A DNA stretch of 64,000 nucleotides from Octopus vulgaris. Its lineage: Eukaryota. Numbering within the stretch: position 1 is the stretch's first letter; every line of letters begins with the position of its first letter. The position numbers were made by a program, and so were the translations under genes. This document shows, one piece after another, positions 14,644 to 28,456 of this stretch. The notes beneath the pieces were generated by a model. It did not search any database, was not told the DNA's origin, and saw nothing but the letters and a program-made list of their open reading frames with translations. The stretch covers positions 60,450,001-60,514,000 of the forward strand of contig OX597822.1 of assembly GCA_951406725.2 (NCBI GenBank), in the 5' to 3' direction.

Positions 14644-15760
14644 GTGGAAAATCACGAGAGACGAAAGAAGCTTCATTCTATCATAAAGGAAAGCAAAAAA
14701 TTTGCTATTGATCTCGTGCAAGATACCCAAACTGAACAACCCGAGGGAATTACGGCAACTATTGTTGCAAAGAAGGTGAAAATAATGGCAACGAAAAAAG
14801 CGCACGAGCAATTGGCTGATAGGTGGGAGGAGAAACCTTTGCACGGCAAATATGTGGCCCGCAGCAAACAAGCTGATGTTCACCAGAAGCAAACCCATCA
14901 GTGGCTACGGAGCTCAGGGCTAAAAGCAGAGAGTGAAGGTTTCATCCTGGCTGCTCAAGATCAAAGCCTATTAACCCGGAACTACCAGGCCAATGTGATG
15001 AAAAGTGGAGCAGACCCAAAATGCCGATTCTGCAACGACATGATTGAAACAGTGGACCACCTAATCTCTGGATGTAAAATCTTAGCACCAGTGGAGTATA
15101 AATTAAGACATGACAGAGTTGGCCAATATCTACACTGGCTAATAAGTCGGCATTACAATATCAAAACTGCCGACAAGTGGTATAATCACCACCCTGAGGC
15201 TGTAACTGAAGGAGAAAATGTAACGATTCTGTGGGACTTTCCAGTACATACAGACCGAACCATCAAGGCCAATAAACCAGATATTGTTGTGAAAGACCAA
15301 AACAATAAAGTTTGCTTATTGATCGACATGAGCATCCCTTGTGATCATAATATCTCAGCGAAAGAGTTTGACAAGCTCAGAAAATATAAAGACCTACTCA
15401 TTGAAATTGAGAAAATGTGGCATCTCAAGGCGGTTACAATACCAGTGATCGTAGGAGCACTAGGAATGATCAAGAAGGGAACCGAAAATTATATGAGAAT
15501 GATCCCTGGCTTACCATCCCTGCAAGAAGTGCAAAAGATTGTCTTAACTGGTACATCACACGTATTGAGAAGAGCATTGTCGATGTGAGAACTGTTGCTG
15601 CTCATGTATTTTAATTTAACTTTAAAAAAATAAATAAAAAATGGATGAACTATTGAGTTTGGTTTAATGGCCTACCAATGTATACTATGAGTTTCTTTGC
15701 CCTAGGAGTCGGGAAGACACTCGGCAAGAAATGGAAGCAAATTTGAAAGAAGAAAAAAAA
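14644..15760 (+). mobile_element. 5'-truncated R4/Dong-like LINE with uninterrupted 314-aa C-terminal ORF (14644-15588)
   Basis: AAQDQSLLTRNYQ, CRFC..ETVDHLISGC, RHD, LWDFPVHTD, NKPDIVVKD, LIDMSIP, KLRKYKDL; (AAT)n on both sides. Confidence 0.92.
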
Positions 15761-15789
15761 AAAATAATAATAATAATAATAATTATTAT

Positions 15790-16645
15790 TATCATAGCAG
15801 CTCAAGATCAATGCCTACCAACAAGGAACTACCAGGCCAACATATTAAAGAACGGCAGTAGCCCAACGTGTCGTGTATGTCAACAACAAAATGAAACCAT
15901 TGATCATGTTGTCTCCAAGTGCAGTCTTCTAGCGCCTACAGAGTATCTCAACAGGCATGATAGAGCTGCACAATATATTCACTGGGTAATTAGCAAAAAC
16001 CTGGATTTGCCCCATGAAAAAAACAGGTGGGAACATAAACCACCTCCAGAGCTTGAAAATGACATCTCACTCCTCTGGAACTTCACCATTCAAACTGACA
16101 GAAAGATAGATGCAAATAGGCCAGACATCATATTGAAAGACTTCAGACAAAGAACATGCCTCTTATGACTGTCTCAATCGATATAAACATATCTGTCAAG
16201 ACCTACCAAAAACTGAGCAAATATAAAGATCTTGAAATAGAAATCAGCAAAATGTGGAACCTGAAGACTAAAACAATACCTGTTGTCATAGGTGCCCTGG
16301 GAATGATAGCAAAAGGGGCTGATTGCTACCTAACTCAGATATCAGGAAACCCCAAAATGGCAGAAATTCAAAAGATAGTGCTCATGGGAACTGCTCATAT
16401 CCTACGCAAAATACGAAAATTATGTTTGTTTTAAAACTTGAGATTACATAGAATGTAATCTCAAGTTTTAAAACAAACATAATTTTCGTATTTAGACATT
16501 CACTAGTACAACACTAAATACAAAACCAAATATATGGCACACTAGGCATAACAACAACATGAACTTCCAGCCTGTTGTCACTTGAGGTCTCTGGGTGAGA
16601 CTTGGAGCCAACTTGTACAAAAATAAAGCAAAAGTCAAACATAGA
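15790..16645 (+). mobile_element. 5'-truncated R4/Dong-like LINE, same subfamily as 12913-14058
   Basis: AAQDQCLPTRNYQ, CRVC, RHD, NRPD, KYKDLEIEI; one frameshift near 16165; (AAT)n on both sides. Confidence 0.9.
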
Positions 16646-16660
16646 ATAATAATAATAATG

Positions 16661-16727
<67 letters not shown>

Positions 16728-16799
16728 CAACAACAACAACAACAACAATAACTAGGACGATGATGGCGACGGCAATGATAATGATGATAGTAATGATAA

Positions 16800-17210
16800 T
16801 TTAGGCACAGGGCTAACAATTTTGAGCGTAGGTGTTAGTCGATATTTCGACCCCAGTACTCGACTGGTACCTTATTTTATTGATCCCGAAAGGTTGAATG
16901 TGACGTTTGCGAGGATTGAAGTCATAAAGAAAAGAGCTCGAACAAATACCGTCAAGGATTTTGTCCGACGCTCAAACGATTCTGCCAGTTCAGTCGACCA
17001 CTCTTTATAATGATTTCTTTATTGAGGCACAAGATCAGAAATATGGCGAGGTTAGTTGGTCATACTGACACCTAATACTTGATTGACGCTTTATACTATT
17101 GACCCTCAAAAGGAGGAAAGTCAATGTTGATCTTGGCAGGATTCGAACTCAGAACATAAGCAGTAACCACGAATACGGTAAGGCATTTTGACTGTCACTC
17201 TAACGATTAA
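16800..17210 (-). mobile_element. Two decayed SINE family A copies
   Basis: cgaccccagtact..ctggtac..ttttattgatcccgaaagg and gaccctcaaaagg..aaagtcaa..ggattcgaactcagaac. Confidence 0.55.
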
Positions 17211-18019
17211 GCTAGATTAGTCTAATCTCATTGTAACGATTAAAAGATTTTTCGGAAGGAGATTATCAAAGAAAAATATATTATTCTGGAGGCAGTACAA
17301 TTGAACTATCCAACAAAAAATGTCATTTCCTTGTTTGTTTTTCGTTTTGACATTACCTCTCATAATTTGTACCAGTTGATGGGATTTGAAAGACGGCAGA
17401 ATCATTCTTAGCACAAAAGGAACAAACTAGTAGATTACTTTCACTTAAGCTTCTCATCTACAAGAATTAATCTGGGTTGGATAGTCATTGCAATGGCACC
17501 AGCAAGAAATATAACAATAACAACAACACCATTAGCAGCAACAACAGCTCTAGTTATTAAAGTAAACAGTAAAATTGGAATAAGTTATTAATGATTTGCA
17601 TCGGCAGTCAGTGAGTTTAAAGAGTTCAGGAGTGAAATAATCTGGTTTGCCGTAAGCAATATGAAAAGTCTGATGTTTCAAGCAGAACTGTTCGTCAGAG
17701 CGAGAGGTATAACATGTTTTCAAAGGATACTGAATGGACTGATTGGCAGTAGTGAGACAGAGAGAGAGAGAGGGGAAGGTGGACAGAAAGCTATTAACTG
17801 TGAGAAGACTACAGTGACCGGGTAACTATTCGGTACATGGTGTAAGAGGTGATTAATTAGTTGAATATGGATGGAAATTTGAATTCGATGAGTGACCTAT
17901 AAAGTAGATAAAAGTGATAAGCGGCCAGCAGAAAAGTAGTTTCATAAGATGCGGTCGACAGATATATGGTCAACGGACATGAGATGAATAAAGATGTGAC
18001 GAACAGCAACAAGTGAAGA

Positions 18020-18220
18020 GCCGCTTCCTTCTGCCATCGTTGTAGAAAGATCTAAAACAGATTTTGTATGAATAATTAGTAAACATTCCGCTAACAACCG
18101 TTCAGAACATGTATGAATCAATTCCTCGACGTATTACAACTGTGAATGATGCCAAAGATTGACCAACCCTGTGTCAAATTATAAAACGTCAATTTAACAG
18201 GATATTTCTATTTTGCCCAA
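18020..18220 (+). mobile_element. Tc1-like transposase 3' remnant
   Basis: IPLTTVQNMYESIPRRITTVNDAK; homologous to 57350-57420. Confidence 0.5.
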
Positions 18221-18289
18221 CAACAAATGTATGTGTGTGAGTGTGTATGTATGCATGCAATACACACACACACACACACACATACATAC

Positions 18290-18355
<66 letters not shown>

Positions 18356-18366
18356 ATAAATATAGG

Positions 18367-18414
<48 letters not shown>

Positions 18415-18420
18415 CACAGA

Positions 18421-18476
<56 letters not shown>

Positions 18477-18479
<3 letters not shown>

Positions 18480-19720
18480 TGCTGAGTAAAAAAAGTAAGC
18501 AACGATTTGAAAAATGAAATTAATCACAATATATTTCAACAATGCAGAAATTTTTTCATCAAAGTAAGTACCAATACAATCAACACACTTTTGCCAACGA
18601 GTGGCAAATTTGTTTATTCCGGTAACATATAAATATGGAGTTCTAGAGATGATGAACTCTTTCAACGCACTTTCAGCATCGGCTTGATTTTTGAATTCCT
18701 CTCGCAGTAAACCATCAAGGTGCTTGAAAAAAAGGTAGTCGGTAGGAGAATAAGCTGGGTGGGGAAGAACTTCGTAGCCAAGTTCCCTCAACTTCTGGAG
18801 CGTCATTAGTGAAACGTGTGGTTGAGCATTGTAATGACGAAAGATTGACCCTCTTCTGTTGACCAGTCTGGGACTGAGGAATAGCAGTTTTTCGTCCATT
18901 TTAGTAATTTCATGGCAATATGTTTCTGCAGTAATGGTTTTTCTGGGTTTTAAGAAGTTATAGTAGAGGAGTTCAGTAGCACATCACCAAACCGTCACCA
19001 TAACCTAGGGAAGGTTTTCGGTGCTTCATTTTGGTCCAACTGCTGCAAAAAAAACAAACATTTTTTTAATTATTGTACAGAATCCACTTTTCATCGCAAG
19101 TTAGAATACGGTCGATATCGGAATGGTTACGGAGAAGAAGCGACGAGCAAATTGCATATCTGCGCATTTTCTGATTTTCGTTAAATCGTGTGGTACCCAT
19201 TTGTCGAGCTCTTTTGATTTTCCGATTGCATGCAAATGGTTGCAGGCAGTTTTCTGGTTAACGTGGTGTTCTTTTGTTAGTTCTCGAGTGGTTTTACGTG
19301 GATCTTTCTCAGTGACCGTCTTTAATTGGCCGTCATCGATGACAGATGGGTGTCCACTACGCTCTTCAAGGTTCAGGTTTCCACTGCGAAGTCATTTAAA
19401 CCATTTTCGAGCTGACCACTCACTGGTCATTTCCTCACCAAACGTTTTGTTCATATCCCGAACAGTTTCAACTGTTTTACGTCCTTTTTTGAAAATTAAT
19501 AGCAAAATTGCTCAAATAGCGCGCCTTGACAGTTCCATTTCAGATTATTGTAACCACGGTACAAAAAATATCAATGTAAATTTATTGATGCATTTAGGCA
19601 CATCTATGTCTGTATTATCAGACAATTACTAAAAAAATGTTTTAAAAAATTCAAAACTCTGCAAAAATCCGGTACAAATTCTTCATGGTTCAAAACGTTG
19701 CTTACTTTTTACTCAACCTG

Positions 19721-19721
<1 letters not shown>
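18477..19721 (-). mobile_element. Near full-length decayed mariner transposon
   Basis: Imperfect TIRs tcatgctgagtaaaaaaagtaagcaacg / cgttgcttactttttactcaacctga; HYNAQPHVS..LGYEVLPHPAYSPTDYLFF; ~1.24 kb. Confidence 0.9.
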
Positions 19722-19768
<47 letters not shown>

Positions 19769-20588
19769 CGCGAAAAAGCTCCGTCTACTTATGACGTGAT
19801 AGTGCGATAAGGTAGGAAACTACGATATAAGTAGTGAGATCAACGGTGTACACTGGCAAGATGTTTTGACAAGGAGTTCGCATGCCATGCACAAAGGAGG
19901 GTTTTTGTTGATGTTTAGGATAATAACGTATGTATGTATGTATGTATGTATGTATGTATGCATGAATGTAAGGATATATGTATGCAATCATGTATGTATA
20001 GATGGATGGATGCATGCATGCATGATTGAATGTATGTCATAGGGATGAATTTATAATGCATTCTGTTGTGGATTACTATTTCTGGAGTCCCAGGATTTTG
20101 AAAAGTATGGAACTTCTTATAAACCACTATTGTTCCCAGGCCAACTCTGACTCGGATTATTTGCATCTGACAGGGTGCCAGATATGGATTTCTTAGTATG
20201 TTATGGAAGACATGCCAAGCACAAAGTCTCACTGCTTTGTGAATGCCTTGGGACAAGAAAAGGCTAAGGGAGCCACCCTCGACGGCAAATCAAACAGTGA
20301 TTCTTTCAGCTGGTCCGATGCACTCTATGATACCCTTCTGCCAACCCTAAGGAAGAAGGAGCTCTCCAATCCTGCAAGGCAATTCACCTTGCAGAAGATA
20401 CTCCAAGATAAAACCTACAGCTTCTTGGTCATCGCAGTCGTCTTAGCCTTCCAGGTCTAAAGAGTGGAATCGGATTACACAGACTGTTCCCTCTTTCAAA
20501 CTACTGAGTGAGGGCAGAAAGAAATGCTTTCTCCCCAGAGAATGTGCCGCTCTTTCTTATGATCTTCGAACACGACGACATTGCTATC

Positions 20589-20621
<33 letters not shown>

Positions 20622-21724
20622 TGTATGTATGTATGTATGTATGTATGTATGTATGTATGTATGTGTGTATGGGTCAGTTCAATATGTGACCGCGTGTGTA
20701 TCGTTGGGGATTTTCTTTCTCCGTCTTCCCTTCCTTTGACTTTTCCTTTTTCTATGTTTGTGACGAAGAGCTCCGCTCGAAACATTAAATCCTCCTTCTT
20801 TATTTTCATTCCTGAGCGTCCAATAACACTATACTTGTTCCACATCAGTCGCGTTGTGTTTTCTCTTTGTTCATGTTTGGATTAACTATGTATGTATGTA
20901 TGTATGTATGTATGTATGTATGTATGTATGTATGTATGTATGTATGTATGCATGCATGCACACATGTATGTACGTAGGTAAATATTTATGAACGTATATT
21001 TATATATGTGAACGTCTCTTTGCGAGTGGTTGCAATAATATTCATATATGCTTATTCGCTTAAGAGAAATATGTTAATGTGCGGATATGAGTGGTGTGGA
21101 TTTTTTGGATACTTAAAGGAAAATCTACGTGCACACATATACCTACACACACACACACACACACAAACACATGTACACAAATACACACGCATACACACAC
21201 GCCACACATATCTATCTATCAGTATCTATCTAGCTATCTTTCTCTATATGTGTGTGCGAGTGTTTATGTACCCATACATGTGTGCGTGTGTGTATGTGTT
21301 GATATGTGTGCATGTGAGTACACACGGTGACATACACACACACACACACACATATGCATATATTTGTGTGTATTGTAAATGCAAGCATTATTAATCATAT
21401 TCATCAGGCTGTGTAAGGAGCTTATCCAGATTATATAAGTGTATAGCCGCAATATTGTTAATCCGCTTCTATTCACCAACCTACCAGCCGACAAATAACT
21501 ACACGTGACATGCCTGAAATAGATTTGTTTATAATTTTCAGCAAAATATCTATATTGGAGTGTGTCAATATTGTATATTGTTTGCCAGCATAGCTTGACT
21601 AATTTGCTGTCCGTCCGTCTATCTGTATGTATGTATGCATCTAGCTTAGTTATACGCAATTGAACTTACGACCACAATGTTGTGGGTCTGTCTCCCGGAG
21701 TGGGCAGCTTCTAGTGAGCATAGA

Positions 21725-21858
21725 CAAGATCATGAGCTGAAAATGCGTTATCTCGTAAAATTCAAGCAGTAATTACTGCCAAAGGCGATCCTACTCCATA
21801 TTAAGATAAATATGTTTGAAATTTTAAGGTGTTTCCATTATTTTGTCCAGCCCCTATA
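21725..21858 (+). mobile_element. Tc1-like 3' end with TIR
   Basis: gtttccattattttgtccagcccctata is the reverse complement of the TIR at 57283. Confidence 0.65.
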
Positions 21859-21879
21859 CACACACACACAAACACACAG

Positions 21880-21932
<53 letters not shown>

Positions 21933-22296
21933 TGGAGGTTTGAAAATGCAATTTTAAAGATGTTTATTCACATGACCGGTTTCACATTTTTAGAAAAAGA
22001 TTGTCAAAAGTAAAATGTAAAGCTTTGTATAAGCTTTGTTGTGTTAAGTACTGGTTGTTACAAAAGTATTAAAATACATATATACATTCTTTGATAATAA
22101 TAAGAAAATGTAAAAAACAGTTTACAAGAAAGTATTTAAGAAAGTAATCAGAACGGGACTACAAAAAGTATTTTGAGTTCAATAAAAGTCATGTTTGTTT
22201 GGTAGTATATACGTATATACACAGGAGATATATTTAAGAATTTAACTGACCGTCTTTCTGACATTTTGTCTTCTCCCCCCTCTCTCTCTCTTTCTC

Positions 22297-22392
<96 letters not shown>

Positions 22393-22478
22393 TGAATATC
22401 AAATATTAAGAGACAAGTATACTTTCTTGCATTAAAACAGTCTTCAAGGTCCCAGGTTATATATATATATATATATAT

Positions 22479-22859
22479 AATATTTTATAATTATGAGTAT
22501 AATCATAATTAGGGTTCAGCAAAAATTAGCTTCACCAAATACCGAACTTTAGAAATAGCAGCCAAAGAACTTAGCTATTTCTTCTACTACTGAAGAGGAA
22601 AATGATCAGATGTGATTTTTACATTCTTCATACCGATCTAATTCCGAAACGTGTCCACAGGTAACCAAATACGGAGTGAATTCCGTTGTTTTTCCTCTCT
22701 GTCTACGTGAGTTGTTTTGAGTATATGTTGTCCGGGAGTTTCTTCTTACAATAGAAGAAATAGCTAAGTTCTTTGGATGCTATTTCTAAAGTTCGGTATG
22801 TTTTGAAGCAAATTTTTACTGAACCCTAATTATAATTAAACTCATAATTATAAAATATT
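22479..22859. repeat. Fold-back element (arms ~22479-22586 / ~22752-22859) with hammerhead-like core in the spacer
   Basis: Arms are diverged reverse complements. The spacer has CTGAAGA-ggaa...ttcc-GAAAC-gt-GTC at 22590-22655. (TA)n lies on the left. Confidence 0.8.
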
Positions 22860-23221
22860 GTTTAAGTTTACCGAAAATGGTCTTTTTAACATGCCGAATA
22901 CTACTTGGTGGAATAATTAATTAATCAATTTTACCCTTTATTATTATTGATAATTATATATATATATATATACTAATCTTTCTATTTATCTATCTACATA
23001 CCTACACATCTATCTGTGTGCACGTGTGTATATGTGTGCGTGTGTCGGTGTGCGTGTGTGCAACGCAGGTTCTGTGGTTAAGAAGCTTACTTCGCAGTCC
23101 CATGGTTTTAGATTCAGTCCAGCGCATCACCTTGGCCAAGCACCTTCTGCTATAGATTTGTCCAACCCATGCCTTATGAGTGAATGCGGTTGACGGAAAC
23201 TATGTGGAAACCCGTTTGAGC

Positions 23222-23268
<47 letters not shown>

Positions 23269-23439
23269 AAGGGGTTTGTTTGATTGTGTATAGAGGAATA
23301 TATTATTCAAAGGAATTCCAGCTCTGTTTTTTTATGTTTTATTTATATTCTTATAATATTAATGTAGGATATAGTATATATAGTAAAATGAAATGAAGTA
23401 TTGATTGTCTTATTGAATAGATGAAATATTAAATATATA

Positions 23440-23490
<51 letters not shown>

Positions 23491-23509
23491 GTTTATATAT
23501 ATATATATG

Positions 23510-24240
<731 letters not shown>

Positions 24241-24363
24241 GATATATATATGTGTATGTATGTATATATATATATATATATATATACAAAACCTGTATAT
24301 ATACATATACATATACATACATACATACATACACATATACATATATATATATCTATATGTATG

Positions 24364-24397
<34 letters not shown>

Positions 24398-24398
24398 G

Positions 24399-24432
<34 letters not shown>

Positions 24433-24657
24433 TATGTATATGTATATATACAGGTTTTGTATATATATATATATATCATACATATAGAGATATATATATA
24501 TGTATATACGTATGTATGTATGTATATGTATATGTTTATATACAGGTTTTGTTATGCAAACAGGAAAAATAGAACTCAAGACACACACACACACACACAC
24601 TCACATATATTTATGTGTGTGTGTGTATGTGTGTGTGTGTGTGTGCGTGTGTGTGTA

Positions 24658-24688
<31 letters not shown>

Positions 24689-24963
24689 TATCATGTATTG
24701 AGTTCTATTTTTCCTGCTTGCATAACAAAACCTGTATATATATATATACATACATACATACATATATATCTATATGTATGTATGTATGTATGTATGGATA
24801 TATATATATATATATATATATATTACGGAGATGTACTCGCATAGCAAGTAATTTGATCTGAGATCGTGTGCTGAAACGAAAACAATTGCAGCGTGGGAGG
24901 TGTTTATAAGCCATTTAAGAAACACACAAAAGCCGTTCGATTCACTCCAACATTTAAGTTTAA

Positions 24964-25013
24964 TTTGTCAAAATATTTTCGTCGCTAAAATCCGCGACCT
25001 GTTCACTGACAAA
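24964..25013 (-). ncRNA. Hammerhead-like motif, G3/C8 core variant
   Basis: Reverse complement of 26861-26910. Confidence 0.6.
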
Positions 25014-26860
25014 GTCCGTGCTGCATCTAAGAAAGTAACAGTTAGTTCGTCATATATATGTATGTACGTATGTATGTGTGTATGTATGCATACATGTGTG
25101 TATGTATGTACGTATTCATGTCCGCACATACGCCTGTGTATGCATGTATGTATGTATGTATGTATGTATGTATGTATGTATGTATATATGTATGTGTGTG
25201 TATAAGCACGCACATACACTCTATAAAACATAAAGTTATAAACCTGTAGCGATGGATGGATGTGAGTGACCACTCATCACAACGCTATCAAATTTCAACT
25301 CCCTACGGCCGAGGCTAGAAAGTGAATTTATGACGCTTGCTCACAAGAACTATACCTAAAATCTATTATCAGATTTTTATCTCTATATCACAGAACTAAT
25401 GTTTTACTATTGTTCGTATGTATGTATGTATGTGCGTATGTATGTATGTATGTATGTATGTATGTATGTATGTATGTATGTATGTATGTATGTATGTACA
25501 TACGTACGCATGTGCGTATGTATGTATACGCGCCCGTATGCATGTGCCCATGTATGTGTGTGTGTACATGTACGTGCGTATGTACGTGTGTATGCCCATA
25601 CGTAGGTATGTATGTATGTTTGTATTCATGTGCTACGTATGTATGTGAGTGTCTAGGAGAATGGGCAGATGTGTCCGTGAGAGTGTGTACATGTGTATGT
25701 GTATGTGAACGTATGTCCGTGTACTGGCATGTGTCCGTCCAAGTTGTGTACATGACTGTTACTTAGCTGAAGGTTGTATACATATTTACATATATGTTTG
25801 TATAGACGCACACATATATATATATGTGTGTGTGGGTGTGTGTTTGTTCCTCTCATCATCGTCTAACCGTGAATGGGTACAACGCCTAGGTGCAACTGTT
25901 CGTATCAAACAACGTTGTTTGATACGAACGTTGTTTGATACGAACAGTTGCACCTAGGCGTTGTACCCATTCACGGTTAGACGATGATGAGAGGAACAAA
26001 CACACACCCACACACACATATATATATATGTGTGCGTCTATACAAACATATATGTAAATATGTATACAACCTTCAGCTAAGTAACAGTCATGTACACAAC
26101 TTGGACGGACACATGCCAGTACACGGACATACGTTCACATACACATACACATGTACACACTCTCACGGACACATCTGCCCATTCTCCTAGACACTCACAT
26201 ACATACGTAGCACATGAATACAAACATACATACATACCTACGTATGGGCATACACACGTACATACGCACGTACATGTACACACACACATACATGGGCACA
26301 TGCATACGGGCGCGTATACATACATACGCACATGCGTACGTATGTACATACATACATACATACATACATACATACATACATACATACATACATACATACA
26401 TACATACATACGCACATACATACATACATACGAACAATAGTAAAACATTAGTTCTGTGATATAGAGATAAAAATCTGATAATAGATTTTAGGGTATAGTT
26501 CTTGTGAGCAAGCGTCATAAATTCACTTTCTAGCCTCGGCCCGTAGGGAGTTGAAATTTGATAGCGTTGTGATGAGTGGTCACTCTACATCCATCCATCG
26601 CTACAGGTTTATAACTTTATGTTTTATAGAGTGTATGTGCGTGCTTATACACACACATACATATATACATACATACATACATACATACATACATACATAC
26701 ATACATACATACATACATACATACATACATGCATACACAGGCGTATGTGCGGACATGAATACGTACATACATACACACGTGTATGCATACATACACACAT
26801 ACATACGTACATACATATATATGACGAACTAACTGTTACTTTCTTAGATGCAGCACGGAC

Positions 26861-26910
26861 TTTGTCAGTGAACAGGTCGCGGATTTTAGCGACGAAAATA
26901 TTTTGACAAA
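26861..26910 (+). ncRNA. Hammerhead-like motif, G3/C8 core variant
   Basis: tttgtca-GTGAACA-g-gtcgc-ggatttta-gcgac-GAAA-atat-TT-tgacaaa: 7-bp stem I, 5-bp stem II, palindromic stem III region. Confidence 0.62.
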
Positions 26911-26987
26911 TTAAACTTAAATGTTGGAGTGAATCGAACGGCTTTTGTGTGTTTCTTAAATGGCTTATAAACACCTCCCACGCTGCA

Positions 26988-27067
<80 letters not shown>

Positions 27068-27070
27068 CAT

Positions 27071-27121
<51 letters not shown>

Positions 27122-27124
27122 CAT

Positions 27125-27175
<51 letters not shown>

Positions 27176-27386
27176 CATACATATATATATTTAATATTTG
27201 ATATTCAGTATTTCATCTATTCGATAAGATAATCAATACTTCATTTCTTCATTTCACTTTACTATATATACTATATATATACTATATATTCTATATCTTA
27301 CATTAATATTATAAGAATATAAATAAAACATAATAAAACATATTCCTTTGAATAATATATTCCTCTATACACAATCATACAAACCC

Positions 27387-27433
<47 letters not shown>

Positions 27434-27665
27434 CTCCATGCGACTCCAGCAGAAGGTAATGACGAACTACTGCTGACTCTTTCACCACAACTCTCTCACT
27501 CTTCCGTCATGAATCTTGCAGCTCACCTGCGACGGACTGGTGGGGAACTAATATGCCAAGGAAACCGGGAAACTGACCCTTATGAGCCAGTTCTTCGAGA
27601 AGGAACAAACAACTGTTCCTTCTAAAGGATGAAACAACAACAATGTATGTATGCATGCATGTATA

Positions 27666-27950
27666 GTGGAGACGTGTGGCTTAATGGTTAGGGTATTCGG
27701 TCATGGGTAAGATTCTTGGCGCTGTGTTGTGCCCTTCAGCAAGACACTTTATTTCACATTGCTTCGGTCCACTCAACTGGTAAAAATGAGTAGTACCCGT
27801 ATTTCAAAGGGTCACCCTTGTTACACCCCGTATCACGCTGAATTTCCCTGACAAGTACGTCATGGATTGTTGTGTCTGTGGAGTGCTCGGCCACTTGAAC
27901 GTCTATTTCACAAGCAGGCTGTTCCAGTTGATCGGGTCAACTGAAACCTT
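27666..27950 (+). mobile_element. Degenerate SINE family B copy
   Basis: gtggcttaatggttagg...gtgttgtgcccttcagcaagacactttatttcac. Confidence 0.6.
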
Positions 27951-27951
27951 C

Positions 27952-28324
27952 CTGCCTTTCATCTTTTCGGGGTCGATAAATTAAGTACCAGCTACGCACT
28001 GGGGTCGATGTAATCGACTTAATCCGTTTGTCTGTCCTTGTTTTTCCTCTCTGTGTTTAGCCCCTTGTGAGTAGTAAAGAAATAGATATTAAAAGGCGGC
28101 GAGCTGGCAGAAACGTTAGCACACCGGGCGAAATACTTAGCGGTATTTCGTCTGCCGCTACGTTCTGAGTTCAAATTCCGCCGAGGTCAACTGTGCTTTT
28201 CATCCTTTCGGGGTAGATTAAATAAGTATCAGTTACGCACTGGGGTCGATGTAATCGACTTGACCCCTTTGTCTGTCATTGTTTGTCCTCTCTATGTTTA
28301 GTCCCCTGTGGGCAATAAAGAAAT
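27952..28324 (+). mobile_element. Tandem SINE family A copies (5'-truncated 27952-28085; full 28095-28324)
   Basis: Both are colinear with the 969-1200 element. Confidence 0.85.
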
Positions 28325-28456
28325 ATATATGTATGTAAATGTTTAGCTACGTGTAACATTCTCAGACTCTTTTTGACTATTAGACATTTTAATTTTGATC
28401 CAACAGACATGTTTTACCCTATTCACTTAAATATATTATATTTACGAATTCTGCAG

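Larger units (their letters stand above)
24822..26992. mobile_element. ~2.1-kb palindromic fold-back element with variant hammerheads in both arms
   Basis: Arms 24882-25913 / 25930-26992 are near-identical reverse complements; 60-bp unpaired tail 24822-24881; (TA)n on both sides; same termini as 54921-55281. Confidence 0.85.

Noticed and set aside
20757-20790. GTGACGA core as another G3 variant
   Set aside because: G8 is unchanged (no compensation) and stem III is also mutated; it is simply a decayed copy of 8822-8856.
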